From Betaproteobacteria bacterium (GTDB lineage: Bacteria > Acidobacteriota > Vicinamibacteria > Vicinamibacterales > CAVVIG01): a stretch of 64,000 bases of DNA. The notes under the pieces are model-generated. The model made no database searches, had not been told where the DNA came from, and saw only the letters and a list, made by a program, of their open reading frames with translations. Positions 44,084 through 53,902 of this stretch are shown here, one piece after another; within the stretch, counting starts at the first letter, position 1; each line of letters starts with the position of its first letter. The translations under genes and the position numbers were made by a program. The stretch is taken from assembly GCA_050257855.1 (NCBI GenBank), contig JBLMXQ010000028.1, positions 241 through 64,240 on the forward strand. Reading direction: 5' to 3'.

Positions 44084-44222
44084 CGGCAGGAGACGGTCTT
44101 CATATCCGGCAGGCGGTCTTCAGATTCGGCAGGGACGGTCTTCATCTTCGGCAGGGGACGGTCTTCAGATTCGGCAGGGGACGGTCTTCATCTTCGGTAG
44201 GGGACGGTCTTCAGACCGTCCC
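44084..44222. repeat. REP-like repeat array, locus c (opposite orientation): five tandem left-arm-only units CGGCAGG(G)GACGGTCTTCA(G/T)(A/C)TT (period 20-23 nt), then one complete hairpin CGGTAG-GGGACGGTC-TTCA-GACCGTCCC
   Basis: Units start at 44084, 44107, 44127, 44149, 44172 and 44195. The full hairpin is at 44201-44222, directly abutting the AAGGAG Shine-Dalgarno (44223-44228) of the ATPase gene. Degenerate copies may extend back to about 44062. Confidence 0.9.
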
Positions 44223-44237
44223 AAGGAGAACAGAGAC

Positions 44238-44951
<714 letters not shown>

Positions 44952-45014
44952 GAGACGAGAAGCGGCTCAGGGCCAGGGGCTCGGAGCTGATGGCTCGCGG
45001 AGCTCAGAGGGCAC

Positions 45015-47417
45015 GTGTTCATCGATCTGCGCCAGGCCTTCCGGGGGCTTCTCAAGGCTCCCGGGTTCACAGCCGCCGTGGTCGCGGTGCTGGCGCTCGG
45101 CATCGGCGCCAACACGGCGATCTTCAGCATCGTCTACGGGGTGGTGCTGAAGCCGCTTCCGTTCGCGGATTCGGGCCGGATCGTCGCGCTGCAGGCCACG
45201 ACGCGCGGTGAGCCGGACGATATTTCCTACTCGGATCTCAAGGACTGGGCGGCGCAGTCGAAGACCGTGGATCGGATGGCCGGCTACGCCGAGAACGGCT
45301 CGACGCTGACCGGCGCCGGCGAAGCCGAGGCGCTGCCGGTCGTGGCCGTGAGCGGCGACTTCTTCCAGATTCTCGGCGTCCCGCCGCTGCGCGGCCGATG
45401 GCTCACCGCGGCCGACGACGGCAAGGGGATCGCGCGAACGGTGGTCATCGCCGAGCAGCTCTGGGAAAAGCACTTCCACCGCGACGAGAACGTCCTCGGC
45501 CGCCTCGCGACCTTCGACGGCCAGCCGGCCACGATCGTCGGGATCATGCCGCGCGCGTTCGAGTTCCCGTTCGCCTCCGACACGATCCAGGCCTGGTTTC
45601 CGATGCACGCGCTGGGGTTGACGTCGATGTTCGCCGATCAGCGCGGCGCGTCGTTCCTCCGCGGCATCGGTCATCTCCGCGCCGGGGCGACTCTCGATCA
45701 GGCGAACGCGGAGCTCGCGACGATCGCCGCGCGCCTCGCCGCGCAGTATCCCGACTCGAACCAGCAGCGCAGCGCGTACGCGACGCCGCTCCGGCAGGTC
45801 CTGGTGAAGGACTATCGACTGGGCCTGCTCGTGCTGCTCGGCGCGGTCGGCGGCGTCCTGCTGATTGCCTGCGTGAACGTCGCGAATCTGCTGCTCGTGC
45901 GCGGGACGACGCGCCGGCGGGAAATCGCCATCCGGATCGCGCTCGGTGCGGGGCGCGCGCGCCTGGTGCGCCAGCTCCTGACCGAAGCTGCGCTGCTCGC
46001 GATCGCGGGCGGAGCCGGCGGCCTGCTGCTGGCCGCGTGGGGTGAGCAGGCGCTCGTGGCGGCGACGCCCATCGACATCCCGCGCCTCCATCAGGTCGGA
46101 CTCGACGGCACCGTCCTCGCGTTCGCGTTGATCTGTTCGGCCGCCACGGCGCTGGTGTTCGGACTCATGCCTGCCCTGCAGTCGTCGCGGACCGGGGCGG
46201 GCGACGCGCTGAAAGACGACTCGCGCGGATCGACCGGCGGCCGCAGCGCGCGGACGCGGCAGGCGCTCGTCGTCGCGGAGGTGGCCCTGTCGCTCGTGCT
46301 GCTCGCGGGCGCCGGCCTGCTCGTGCGGAGCCTGCTGCGGCTGCTGGACGTCAACCCCGGCTTCGTGCCCGAGCGCGCCGCCACGATGGGGACGCTCCTG
46401 CCGGCCTCGCGCTATACCGATTCGGCGTCGCGCGTGGCGTTCTACCACCGGCTGCTCGACGAGCTGCACCGGATACCGGGCGTCAGCGCGGCCGGCATCT
46501 CGACGACGATTCCGCTGTCGGGCAGCAACGTCAGTGTCGGCATCCGGATCCCGGGTCGTCCCGACGATCCGGCGCATCGCGAGAGCGCGCCCTACTTCGC
46601 GGTCAGCCCGGACTACTTCAAGGCGATGGGAATTCCGCTCGTGCGGGGCCGCGCCTTCACCGACGCCGACGAGTCGTCGGGGCCGGTCGCGATCGTCAGC
46701 GAGGCGTTCGCGCGCAGGCACTGGCCCGGCGAGGATCCGGTCGGCAAGATCATCACGCTCAACTACGGCAAGCGCGAGCCGCGGCAGATCGTCGGCGTCG
46801 CCGGCGAGGTGAAGCAGAGCACGCTCGAAGAGGCGACGACCGGCGCCGTCTACGCGCCGTTCGCGCAGACGCCGTGGCCGTTCCTCGAGGCCGTGGTGCG
46901 CACGGGCGGCGATCCGACGGCCGCCGCGGCCGCGCTGCGCGGCGTGCTGCCGGCCCTCGATCCGACGATGGCGCCGCCGGACGTCAAGCTGCTCACGGTC
47001 TACGTGCGGCAGGCGACGGCGACGCCGCGCTTCACGGCCGCTCTCATCGGCAGCTTCGCCGCGCTCGCGGCGCTCCTCGCCGCCATCGGCCTGTACGGCG
47101 TGATGGCATACACGGTGGCCCAGCGGCGGCGGGAGATCGGGATCCGAATCGCGCTGGGCGCGCAGCCCTCGGACGTTCGCAACCTGGTCCTCGGGCAGGC
47201 GGTCCGCATGGGCGCAGCCGGCGTGGCCATCGGCCTCGCGGGGGCGCTCGCGGCGACGCGGGTCCTCGGGAGCCTGCTTTTCCGCGTCAGCGCGTCCGAC
47301 CCGGGGACGTTTGCCGCCGTCTGCGCGCTGCTCGCGGGCGTCGTGCTGCTCGCGGCATACGTTCCGGCGCGGCGCGCGTCGGCGGTCGATCCGTCGGTGG
47401 CGTTGAGGGCGGAATGA
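45015..47417 (+). CDS. ADOP-family duplicated FtsX/MacB-type ABC permease (800 aa)
   Basis: GTG 45015 is preceded by GAGGG. N-terminus MFIDLRQAFRGLLKAPGFTAAVVAVLALGIGANTAIFS is typical of acidobacterial duplicated orphan permeases. Two MacB_PCD-like periplasmic regions, each followed by FtsX-type TM bundles (..RRREIAIRIALGA.. and ..RRREIGIRIALGA..). Confidence 0.9.
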   Translation: MFIDLRQAFRGLLKAPGFTAAVVAVLALGIGANTAIFSIVYGVVLKPLPFADSGRIVALQATTRGEPDDISYSDLKDWAAQSKTVDRMAGYAENGSTLTGAGEAEALPVVAVSGDFFQILGVPPLRGRWLTAADDGKGIARTVVIAEQLWEKHFHRDENVLGRLATFDGQPATIVGIMPRAFEFPFASDTIQAWFPMHALGLTSMFADQRGASFLRGIGHLRAGATLDQANAELATIAARLAAQYPDSNQQRSAYATPLRQVLVKDYRLGLLVLLGAVGGVLLIACVNVANLLLVRGTTRRREIAIRIALGAGRARLVRQLLTEAALLAIAGGAGGLLLAAWGEQALVAATPIDIPRLHQVGLDGTVLAFALICSAATALVFGLMPALQSSRTGAGDALKDDSRGSTGGRSARTRQALVVAEVALSLVLLAGAGLLVRSLLRLLDVNPGFVPERAATMGTLLPASRYTDSASRVAFYHRLLDELHRIPGVSAAGISTTIPLSGSNVSVGIRIPGRPDDPAHRESAPYFAVSPDYFKAMGIPLVRGRAFTDADESSGPVAIVSEAFARRHWPGEDPVGKIITLNYGKREPRQIVGVAGEVKQSTLEEATTGAVYAPFAQTPWPFLEAVVRTGGDPTAAAAALRGVLPALDPTMAPPDVKLLTVYVRQATATPRFTAALIGSFAALAALLAAIGLYGVMAYTVAQRRREIGIRIALGAQPSDVRNLVLGQAVRMGAAGVAIGLAGALAATRVLGSLLFRVSASDPGTFAAVCALLAGVVLLAAYVPARRASAVDPSVALRAE

Positions 47418-47471
47418 AGGCGCATGGGACGGCCTGAAGGCATGGGACGGCCTGAAGGCCGTCCCCTACCG
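47411..47471. repeat. REP-like repeat, locus d: partial units GGAATGAAGGCGCAT and GGGACGGCCTGAAGGCAT (18-nt period), then a complete hairpin GGGACGGCC-TGAA-GGCCGTCCC-CTACCG
   Basis: Full hairpin at 47444-47465, tail at 47466-47471. The first partial unit overlaps the permease stop TGA at 47415-47417. Confidence 0.85.
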
Positions 47472-47503
47472 TAACAACATCCGGCAGCGCAGCAAGAACG
47501 CCA

Positions 47504-48172
47504 ATGCTCATTTCCCTGCGGAACGTCGAAAAATCCTATCCGGTCGGCGTCGGGCGCTCGTACGTCCTGCGCCGGGTCAACGTGGACGTCAAGGACGGCG
47601 AGTTCGTCTCGATCATGGGACCCTCGGGCGCCGGCAAGTCGACCCTCCTGCACATCCTCGGGATGCACGACAGCGCCTGGACGGGCGAGTACTACTTCAG
47701 CGACCAGCCCGTACACCGGCTCACCCCGAAGCAGCGCGCGGAGCTCCACAAGAAGCACATCGGCTTCGTGTTCCAGAGCTACCACCTGCTCGACAACCTG
47801 ACGGTGTACGAGAACCTCGAGATCCCGCTGTCGTACCGGAACGTGAGCCGCAAGGACCGCCAGAGCATGGTGGCGGACATCCTCGACCGGTTCCAGATCG
47901 TCGGGAAGAAGGATCTCTATCCGAACCAGCTTTCGGGCGGGCAGCAGCAGCTGGTGGGCGTCGCGCGGGCGGTGATCGCCAACCCGCAGGTGATCCTCGC
48001 CGACGAGCCGACCGGCAACCTGCATTCGGCGCAGGGCAAGGAGATCATGGAGCTGTTCCGGACGCTGAACGAAGCCGGGACGACGATCGTGCAGGTGACG
48101 CACTCGGAGGTCAACGCGTCCTACGGCGCGCGGATCATCCAGCTCCGCGACGGCTGGGTGGTGGACGACTAG
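47504..48172 (+). CDS. second ABC transporter ATP-binding protein, MacB/LolD-type (222 aa)
   Basis: Walker [45 protein letters not shown]. Clearly diverged from the first ATPase, but all catalytic motifs are present. Confidence 0.95.
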   Translation: MLISLRNVEKSYPVGVGRSYVLRRVNVDVKDGEFVSIMGPSGAGKSTLLHILGMHDSAWTGEYYFSDQPVHRLTPKQRAELHKKHIGFVFQSYHLLDNLTVYENLEIPLSYRNVSRKDRQSMVADILDRFQIVGKKDLYPNQLSGGQQQLVGVARAVIANPQVILADEPTGNLHSAQGKEIMELFRTLNEAGTTIVQVTHSEVNASYGARIIQLRDGWVVDD

Positions 48173-48234
48173 CGCCGCAACCAGCCGCCCATGTCGAGCG
48201 TCTAAGGGAGCAACTTCTTACCGGGGAGACCGCC

Positions 48235-49659
48235 GTGGCTACAGCCCCTACCTGGCCGCTCGAGACGGCCGACCGCGTCGACATCCGCACCGCGCCGCCG
48301 CAGGCGGCGGCACCCCGCGTGCTCATCGCGGACGATCAGCCGGACGTCCTCGAGGCCCTGCGGCTGCTGCTCAAGAGCGAAGGCTTCCGGATCGATTCCG
48401 CGGGATCGCCGGTCGCGATCCTCGACGCGGTGGACGCGGCGGAATTCGACGTGCTGCTGATGGACCTGAACTACGCGCGCGACACGACGTCGGGCGAGGA
48501 GGGCCTCGACCTGCTGTCGCAGCTTCGCGCGCACGACGCCACGCTCCCGATCGTCGTGATGACCGCCTGGGGCAGCGTCGAGGTCGCGGTCGAGGCGATG
48601 CGGCGCGGCGCGCGCGACTTCATCCAGAAGCCCTGGGACAACGCGCGGCTCCTGTCGATCCTGCGCACGCAGGGCGAGCTGGCGCGCGCCCTGCGCCAGC
48701 AGCAGCGGCTCGAGGCCGAAAACCGATCGCTCAGGCCGAACGCGCGGCCCCTGCTCATCGCCGAGGCGCCGTCGATGCGGCCGGTCATCGAGCTGATCTC
48801 GCGCGTCGGACCGTCGGAGGCCAACGTCCTCATCACCGGCGAGAACGGCACGGGCAAAGGCACCGTCGCGCAGGCGATTCACGCCCTGTCGGAGCGTAAC
48901 GGCAAGGGCCTGGTCACCGTGAACGCCGGCGGGCTCTCGGAAGGCGTGTTCGAGAGCGAGCTGTTCGGCCACGTGAAGGGCGCGTTCACCGACGCGAAGA
49001 CGGATCGGGTGGGACGGTTCGAGCTCGCCGACGGCGGCACCCTGTTCCTCGACGAGATCGCGAACGTGCCGCTCAACCTGCAGCCGAAGCTGCTGCGCGT
49101 GCTCGAGACCGGCGACTTCGAGCGCGTCGGATCCTCGCGCACGCGCCACGTCAACGTGCGGATCCTCTCGGCCACCAACGCCAGCCTGGCCGACGAGGTC
49201 GGGTCGGGTCGCTTCCGCCAGGATCTGCTCTTCCGGCTCAACACGATCGAGATCGCGCTGCCGCCGCTGCGCGGCCGGCGGGAGGATATCCCGGCGCTCG
49301 CGTCGCATTTCCTCCGGCAGCACGCGCAGCGGTATCGCAAGACCATCAACGGCTTCGAGCCGGCGGCGCTGCAGGCGCTGCTCGACCATCCCTGGCCGGG
49401 CAACATCCGCGAGCTCGATCACGCCGTCGAGCGCGGCGTATTGATGGCGCAGGGCCCGACGATTCGAGCCGGCGAGCTCGGGCTTCGGATCGATCGCGAT
49501 TCCACCTCGCGGCTCGAAGACATGAGCCTGGAGGACGTCGAGGGCTTCCTGATCAAGAAGGCGATGGCCCGCTACGACGGCAACGTCAGCCAGGCGGCGA
49601 AAGCGCTCGGACTCAGCCGAAGCGCCCTCTACCGCCGCCTCCAGCGATACGGGCTGTAG
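48235..49659 (+). CDS. NtrC-family sigma54-dependent response regulator (receiver, AAA+ sigma54-interaction domain, Fis-type HTH), 474 aa
   Basis: GTG 48235. Receiver ..[19 protein letters not shown]..; Walker [11 protein letters not shown]; [15 protein letters not shown] (a GAFTGA-loop variant); ..GGTLFLDEI..; ..[19 protein letters not shown]..; C-terminal ..[20 protein letters not shown]... Confidence 0.95.
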   Translation: MATAPTWPLETADRVDIRTAPPQAAAPRVLIADDQPDVLEALRLLLKSEGFRIDSAGSPVAILDAVDAAEFDVLLMDLNYARDTTSGEEGLDLLSQLRAHDATLPIVVMTAWGSVEVAVEAMRRGARDFIQKPWDNARLLSILRTQGELARALRQQQRLEAENRSLRPNARPLLIAEAPSMRPVIELISRVGPSEANVLITGENGTGKGTVAQAIHALSERNGKGLVTVNAGGLSEGVFESELFGHVKGAFTDAKTDRVGRFELADGGTLFLDEIANVPLNLQPKLLRVLETGDFERVGSSRTRHVNVRILSATNASLADEVGSGRFRQDLLFRLNTIEIALPPLRGRREDIPALASHFLRQHAQRYRKTINGFEPAALQALLDHPWPGNIRELDHAVERGVLMAQGPTIRAGELGLRIDRDSTSRLEDMSLEDVEGFLIKKAMARYDGNVSQAAKALGLSRSALYRRLQRYGL

Positions 49660-49713
49660 CTCCGGGCCTGAGGCCTGGGTCTCGGGGCCGGGGCAACGGA
49701 CCGTGATGAGGTC

Positions 49714-51147
49714 GTGACTCCTGAGAGCGCCGACGGCGACGTCGCGATCCGCGAAATCGACCCGCCCGGGTTGCCGCCGGACGCGCGGCTGCGGTTCGAT
49801 CAGCGGATCCTGCTCCTCGCGCTGGCAGCGGGGCTGCCCGCCGCGCTCGTCTCCCTGATCCTGCTCTGGACCGGAGACTTCACCCCCAAGGTGCAGTGGA
49901 CGCTCACGGCCCTGATCGTTGGCGTGTGGGTCGGCTGCTCGTTCGGCGTCCGGCGCCGGGTGGTGCTGCCGCTGCAGACGCTGTCGAACCTGCTCGCGGC
50001 GCTGCGCGAGCGCGACTTCTCGATCCGCGCGAGGCGCGCGAGCGGCGACGACCCTCTCGGCGCGGTCATGCTCGAGGTCAACGTCCTCGCCTCCACGCTG
50101 CACGACCAGCGCCTCGGCGCGATCGAGGCGGGCGCGCTGCTCCGGACCGTGATGATCGAGATCGACGTGGCGGTCTTCACGTTCGACAGCGAGGGGACGC
50201 TGCGCCTCGTCAACCGCGCCGGCGAGCAGCTTCTCGGCCGTCCGGCCGATGCGCTCCTCGGCCGCCCCGCGCAGGATCTCGGGCTCGCGTCCTATCTCGA
50301 CGGCGTCTCGCCGCGCATCGTCGACCTGTCGTTCCCGGGAGCCACGGGCCGCTTCGAGGTGCGCCGCACGTTCTTCCGCCAGGAAGGGCGGCCGCACCAG
50401 CTGCTCGTGCTCGCCGACGTCAGCCGGCCGCTGCGCGACGAGGAGCGGCAGGCGTGGCAGCGGCTGATCCGCGTCATCGGACACGAGATCAACAACTCGC
50501 TGGCGCCGATCAAGTCGATCGCGGGCAGCCTGGAGTCGATGCTCGGGCGGACCGAGCTGCCCGACGACTGGACCGATGACATGCGCCGCGGGCTCGCGGT
50601 GATCGCCGCGCGCTCGGATTCGCTCAGCCGCTTCACGACGGCGTACGCACGCCTCGCCCGGCTCCCCGCGCCGCGGGTCGATGCGATTCGCATCGACCCG
50701 CTCGTGCGCCGCGTGGCGGGCGTCGAGACGCGGCTGCCGATTCGCATCGACGACGGAATGGACGTGACGGTCCGTGCGGATCCCGACCAGCTCGAGCAGC
50801 TCCTGATCAATCTCGTGCGCAACGCGGTGGACGCCGCGGCCGAGGCCGGCGGCGGCGTCACCATCGGCTGGCGCTCGGGCGGCGGCGCGCTCGACCTCTG
50901 GATAGACGACGAAGGGGCGGGGCTGCCGAACGCGTCCAACCTGTTCGTACCGTTCTTCACGACCAAGCCGGGCGGCTCGGGGATCGGCCTCGTGCTCAGC
51001 CGGCAGATCGCCGAAGCGCACGGCGGCACGCTGACGCTGGCGAACCGGACCGACCGCTCCGGCTGCCGCGCGCACCTCCGCCTTCCGCTGCCACTCGAGC
51101 GAGAGGCGCCAGACGAACGCCGCACCGAGCGGAGCGCGAGGCTCTAG
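49714..51147 (+). CDS. membrane sensor histidine kinase (two TM, HAMP, PAS-like, HisKA, HATPase_c), NtrB/AtoS-like partner of the sigma54 activator (477 aa)
   Basis: GTG 49714. TM segments ILLLALAAGLPAALVSLILLW and WTLTALIVGVWVGCSF. H-box ..VIGHEINNSLAPI.. N/G boxes ..LINLVRNAVDA.., ..DDEGAGL.., ..GGSGIGLVLS... Confidence 0.9.
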   Translation: MTPESADGDVAIREIDPPGLPPDARLRFDQRILLLALAAGLPAALVSLILLWTGDFTPKVQWTLTALIVGVWVGCSFGVRRRVVLPLQTLSNLLAALRERDFSIRARRASGDDPLGAVMLEVNVLASTLHDQRLGAIEAGALLRTVMIEIDVAVFTFDSEGTLRLVNRAGEQLLGRPADALLGRPAQDLGLASYLDGVSPRIVDLSFPGATGRFEVRRTFFRQEGRPHQLLVLADVSRPLRDEERQAWQRLIRVIGHEINNSLAPIKSIAGSLESMLGRTELPDDWTDDMRRGLAVIAARSDSLSRFTTAYARLARLPAPRVDAIRIDPLVRRVAGVETRLPIRIDDGMDVTVRADPDQLEQLLINLVRNAVDAAAEAGGGVTIGWRSGGGALDLWIDDEGAGLPNASNLFVPFFTTKPGGSGIGLVLSRQIAEAHGGTLTLANRTDRSGCRAHLRLPLPLEREAPDERRTERSARL

Positions 51148-51191
51148 CCGGAGGGGCGACGGCCCCCGTCGGCGGCCCGAGCGGCGCTCGA

Positions 51192-51524
51192 TCAGAACAT
51201 CCGGCCGCCGAGGGGAACGTCGCGGTCCGGCGAGAGAAGCACGACCTCGCCTTCCGCGTCGGGAACGCCCAGGGTCAGGACCTCCGACACGAACGGCCCG
51301 ATCTGCTTCGGCGGAAAATTGACGACCGCGACGACGAGCCGGCTCAGGAGATCCCGCGGCGTGTAATGCCGCGTCACCTGCGCCGACGATCGGCGCACGC
51401 CGATTCCTGGGCCGAAATCGATTTTCAGCTTGTAGGCCGGCTTGCGCGCCTCGGGGAACGGCTGGACGTCGACGATGCGCCCCACGCGCACGTCTACTTT
51501 TTCGAACTCGACGTAGGCAATCAT
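51192..51524 (-). CDS. tRNA-binding domain protein (CsaA/YgjH-like), 110 aa
   Basis: MIAYVEFEKVDVRVGRIVDVQPFPEARKPAYKLKIDFG...SAQVT..Y.P..L.GR.VVAVVNFPPKQIG...SEVL.LG is the conserved CsaA-type OB-fold pattern. ATG 51524 is chosen; the 330-aa ORF-track entry is an upstream over-extension. Confidence 0.85.
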   Translation of the reverse strand: MIAYVEFEKVDVRVGRIVDVQPFPEARKPAYKLKIDFGPGIGVRRSSAQVTRHYTPRDLLSRLVVAVVNFPPKQIGPFVSEVLTLGVPDAEGEVVLLSPDRDVPLGGRMF

Positions 51525-51644
51525 GATGGTCTGTCGTGAACTGGTGCGCTCGAGCGGCCCGACCGGCAGGAATCTGACACGAATCGCCAGCTCTGCGCAG
51601 CGGACCCGCTGATTTTCGTTGCCGTTGAGGCGGCACAGGACTTG

Positions 51645-52049
51645 ATGTCCCGCCGAACGATGCGATCGGTCCCGATCGGTAATGTGCTCATCGTGGAAGA
51701 CGATCCGGACACCCGCGAGATGCTCGCGACGCTGCTCTCGACCGAAGGCTTTCACGCCGTCGCCGCCGAAGACGGACTCGAGGCGCTGCACCTGCTGCGG
51801 ACCGTGCGCCATCGTGCCCCCGAGACGCCGTGCCTGGTGCTCCTCGACCTGAAGATGCCGCGGCTGGGGGGCCAGGAGTTCCGGCGCGCGCAGCTCGGGG
51901 ATCCGATCGTCGCCGGCGTGCCGATCGCGGTGATGTCGGGCGCGACGGATGCGGCAGAGCGGGCGCAGGATCTCGGTGCGGTGGCGACCGTGAGCAAGCC
52001 CATCGACTTCGAGGCACTCCTCCGCATCGTACGGCAATACTGCGCCTGA
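51645..52049 (+). CDS. single-domain CheY-like response regulator receiver protein (134 aa)
   Basis: ..VLIVEDDPDTREML..LVLLDLKMPRLGG..IAVMSG..VSKP... The start is ambiguous (TTG 51642, ATG 51645 or ATG 51660). Confidence 0.85.
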   Translation: MSRRTMRSVPIGNVLIVEDDPDTREMLATLLSTEGFHAVAAEDGLEALHLLRTVRHRAPETPCLVLLDLKMPRLGGQEFRRAQLGDPIVAGVPIAVMSGATDAAERAQDLGAVATVSKPIDFEALLRIVRQYCA

Positions 52050-52164
52050 GCGGACCGGTAGATTCTTCACAGCGGCGTCTGGATTTCGGTCGAGCAGGAC
52101 CGGATCCGCACGAGCAAGGCCGCGAGAATCGAGCAATTCTGACACGATCGAAGACCGGCCGCCG

Positions 52165-52180
52165 CGGCACACCGGTTGCT
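52165..52180 (+). promoter_or_regulatory. candidate sigma54 (-24/-12) promoter CGGCACACCGGTTGCT
   Basis: GG at 52166-52167 and GC at 52178-52179 (12-nt register). It matches GGCAC-N6-TTGCT and lies about 31 nt upstream of ATG 52211. Confidence 0.45.
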
Positions 52181-52210
52181 CCATGAGCCGGCGCTCCCGG
52201 AATCAGGGCC

Positions 52211-52435
52211 ATGAACGAGATGAGGCGCGTGAACGAGGGTTTCGACCGCCTGCAGCGGCTGCTGCTCGCGATGAGGATCGGCGACGAACTGCGCGCCGCG
52301 GAAGCCGCCGCTGTGACGGGCCTCAGCGTCGAGGTGTGCCGGACGGTCTTCGAAGGGCTGGTGCGCGTCGGCCTCATGGCGCATCAGCAGGGCGACGCCT
52401 TCGTCCGGCGTTCGCTCAATCTGATAGCATCATGA
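52211..52435 (+). CDS. small hypothetical protein with a winged-helix-like segment (74 aa)
   Basis: ..LRAAEAAAVTGLSVEVCRTVFEGLVRVGLM.. resembles a wHTH recognition region. The call rests on position after the promoter candidate and protein-like composition only. Confidence 0.45.
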   Translation: MNEMRRVNEGFDRLQRLLLAMRIGDELRAAEAAAVTGLSVEVCRTVFEGLVRVGLMAHQQGDAFVRRSLNLIAS

Positions 52436-52596
52436 CGCACGGTCGGCTGCGACAGCGTCCTCCGGAAGTCTTCCGCAGAGCCCCCGGCCCGAAATCGCGC
52501 CCGCCGTCAGGTTGACGCGGTCGTCCAAAGGCCTGGGCTGCGGCACACCGCGTGCGCTCTGTCGAGACGTGACCGTCCATTGACGGATTCCCGACA

Positions 52597-53841
52597 GTGA
52601 TCCCCGTGCCACCGCTCGCAGGCATCGTGGTCGCGGCACTCGGCGGCGCCGCGATCGGCGTCGAGCGCCAGCGGAGCGGCCATGCGACCGGCGTGGGAGC
52701 GCGGTTCGGCGGCGTGCGGACGTTCACGCTGCTCGGCGGCGCGGCGGGTCTGGCCGGCTGGCTCTCGTCGGCCGGCTTCGATGCGCTGGCGGTCGTCCTC
52801 ACCGCCGGCTGCGTCGCGCTGGTGATCGCCGGCTATGTGGCGGCGAGCGGGCGCGACGTGGATGCCACGACGGAGGCCGCCGGCCTCGTCGTAATCGCCG
52901 CGGGCGTGCTGGCCGGCCTCGGATCCCTCGCCCTGGCGAGTGCCACCATCGCCGTTACCACGCTGCTGCTCGTCGAGAAGTCCACCCTCCACGCCCTGGT
53001 CGGCCGCATCGACGACGAAGGCCTGCGCGCGGGCGTCCGGTTCGCCGTGATGGCGGTCGTGATTCTGCCTCTGCTGCCGGAGGGGCCCTACGGACCGCTC
53101 GGCGGCGTGCGGCCGCGCGAACTGTGGCTGCTGGTGCTGTTCTTCAGCGGCCTGAGCTTCGCCGGGTACCTGGCGCGCCGCGCGGTCGGCTCGCATCACG
53201 GCTACCCCATGGCGGGTCTGCTCGGCGGCATCGTCTCGTCGACCAGCGTCACGTTCACGTTCGCGCGGCTCAGCCGCACCGAACGCGCGGTCGCGGGTCC
53301 CCTGGCGCTCGGCACGATCGGCGCCTGCACGATGCTCTTCCCGCGCGTGCTGCTGGCGACCGCTGTGCTGAACGTCGGCGTCGCGCGGGCGCTCCTTCCC
53401 TATCTCGTGCCTCCCTTCATCGTCGGTGCGGCCGCGCTCGTCATCGGCATACGCCGGAACGATGGCGAGGTGGGCGGCACCTCGCTCGATAACCCGCTGC
53501 AGGTCGGCCCCGCGCTGCAGATGGCGGCCACGTTCCAGGTGGTGCTGTTCGCGGTAGCCGCGGTGCGCGAGTGGTTCGGCGCGGCCGGCCTGCTGGTCTC
53601 CGGCGCCGTCCTCGGGCTGACCGATGTCGACGCCCTCACCATCTCCATGAGCAAGGCTGCGTCGGCCGGCGTCGCGGCCGGCATCGCCGCCGAGGCGATC
53701 GCCATCGGGATCCTCGCCAATTCCGCGATGAAGCTCGCGCTGGCGACCGCGCTCGGCGCACCGGGGTACCGGCGCCTGGGCGTTCCCGTGCTCATCGCGA
53801 TGCTGGCCGCGGCGGCCATCGCCATAAAGATGATGCGGTAG
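52597..53841 (+). CDS. MgtC/SapB-family plus DUF4010 integral membrane protein (414 aa)
   Basis: GTG 52597. N-terminal ..AALGGAAIGVERQRSGH..GVRTFTLLG.. is MgtC-like. About ten further hydrophobic segments, as in DUF4010 fusions. Confidence 0.75.
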   Translation: MIPVPPLAGIVVAALGGAAIGVERQRSGHATGVGARFGGVRTFTLLGGAAGLAGWLSSAGFDALAVVLTAGCVALVIAGYVAASGRDVDATTEAAGLVVIAAGVLAGLGSLALASATIAVTTLLLVEKSTLHALVGRIDDEGLRAGVRFAVMAVVILPLLPEGPYGPLGGVRPRELWLLVLFFSGLSFAGYLARRAVGSHHGYPMAGLLGGIVSSTSVTFTFARLSRTERAVAGPLALGTIGACTMLFPRVLLATAVLNVGVARALLPYLVPPFIVGAAALVIGIRRNDGEVGGTSLDNPLQVGPALQMAATFQVVLFAVAAVREWFGAAGLLVSGAVLGLTDVDALTISMSKAASAGVAAGIAAEAIAIGILANSAMKLALATALGAPGYRRLGVPVLIAMLAAAAIAIKMMR

Positions 53842-53902
53842 CCGGCGCCCCCTTTTCGGCGGCGCCGTGCTCCGGAGCGTGCCACGGTATACTTCCGCGT
53901 CT

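Noticed and set aside
44084-44222. The tandem 20-23-nt repeats as a CRISPR array.
   Set aside because: The units are directly adjacent with no spacers, they are too short, they are imperfect, and they belong to the hairpin repeat family seen at three other loci. There are no cas genes.
49662-49678. Short hairpins CCGGGCC-TGA-GGCCTGG (49662-49678) and GGACGG-TCAG-GCCGTCC (about 40576-40595) as additional members of the REP-like family.
   Set aside because: They share only the GGCC-TGA-GGCC core, lack the CTACCG tail, and the second overlaps coding sequence. They could be eroded copies or chance GC-rich palindromes.
53843-53867. The stem-loop CGGCGCC..TTTT..GGCGCCG after the MgtC-like gene as an intrinsic terminator.
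   Set aside because: The stem is imperfect (it needs a bulge), and no U-tract follows it.
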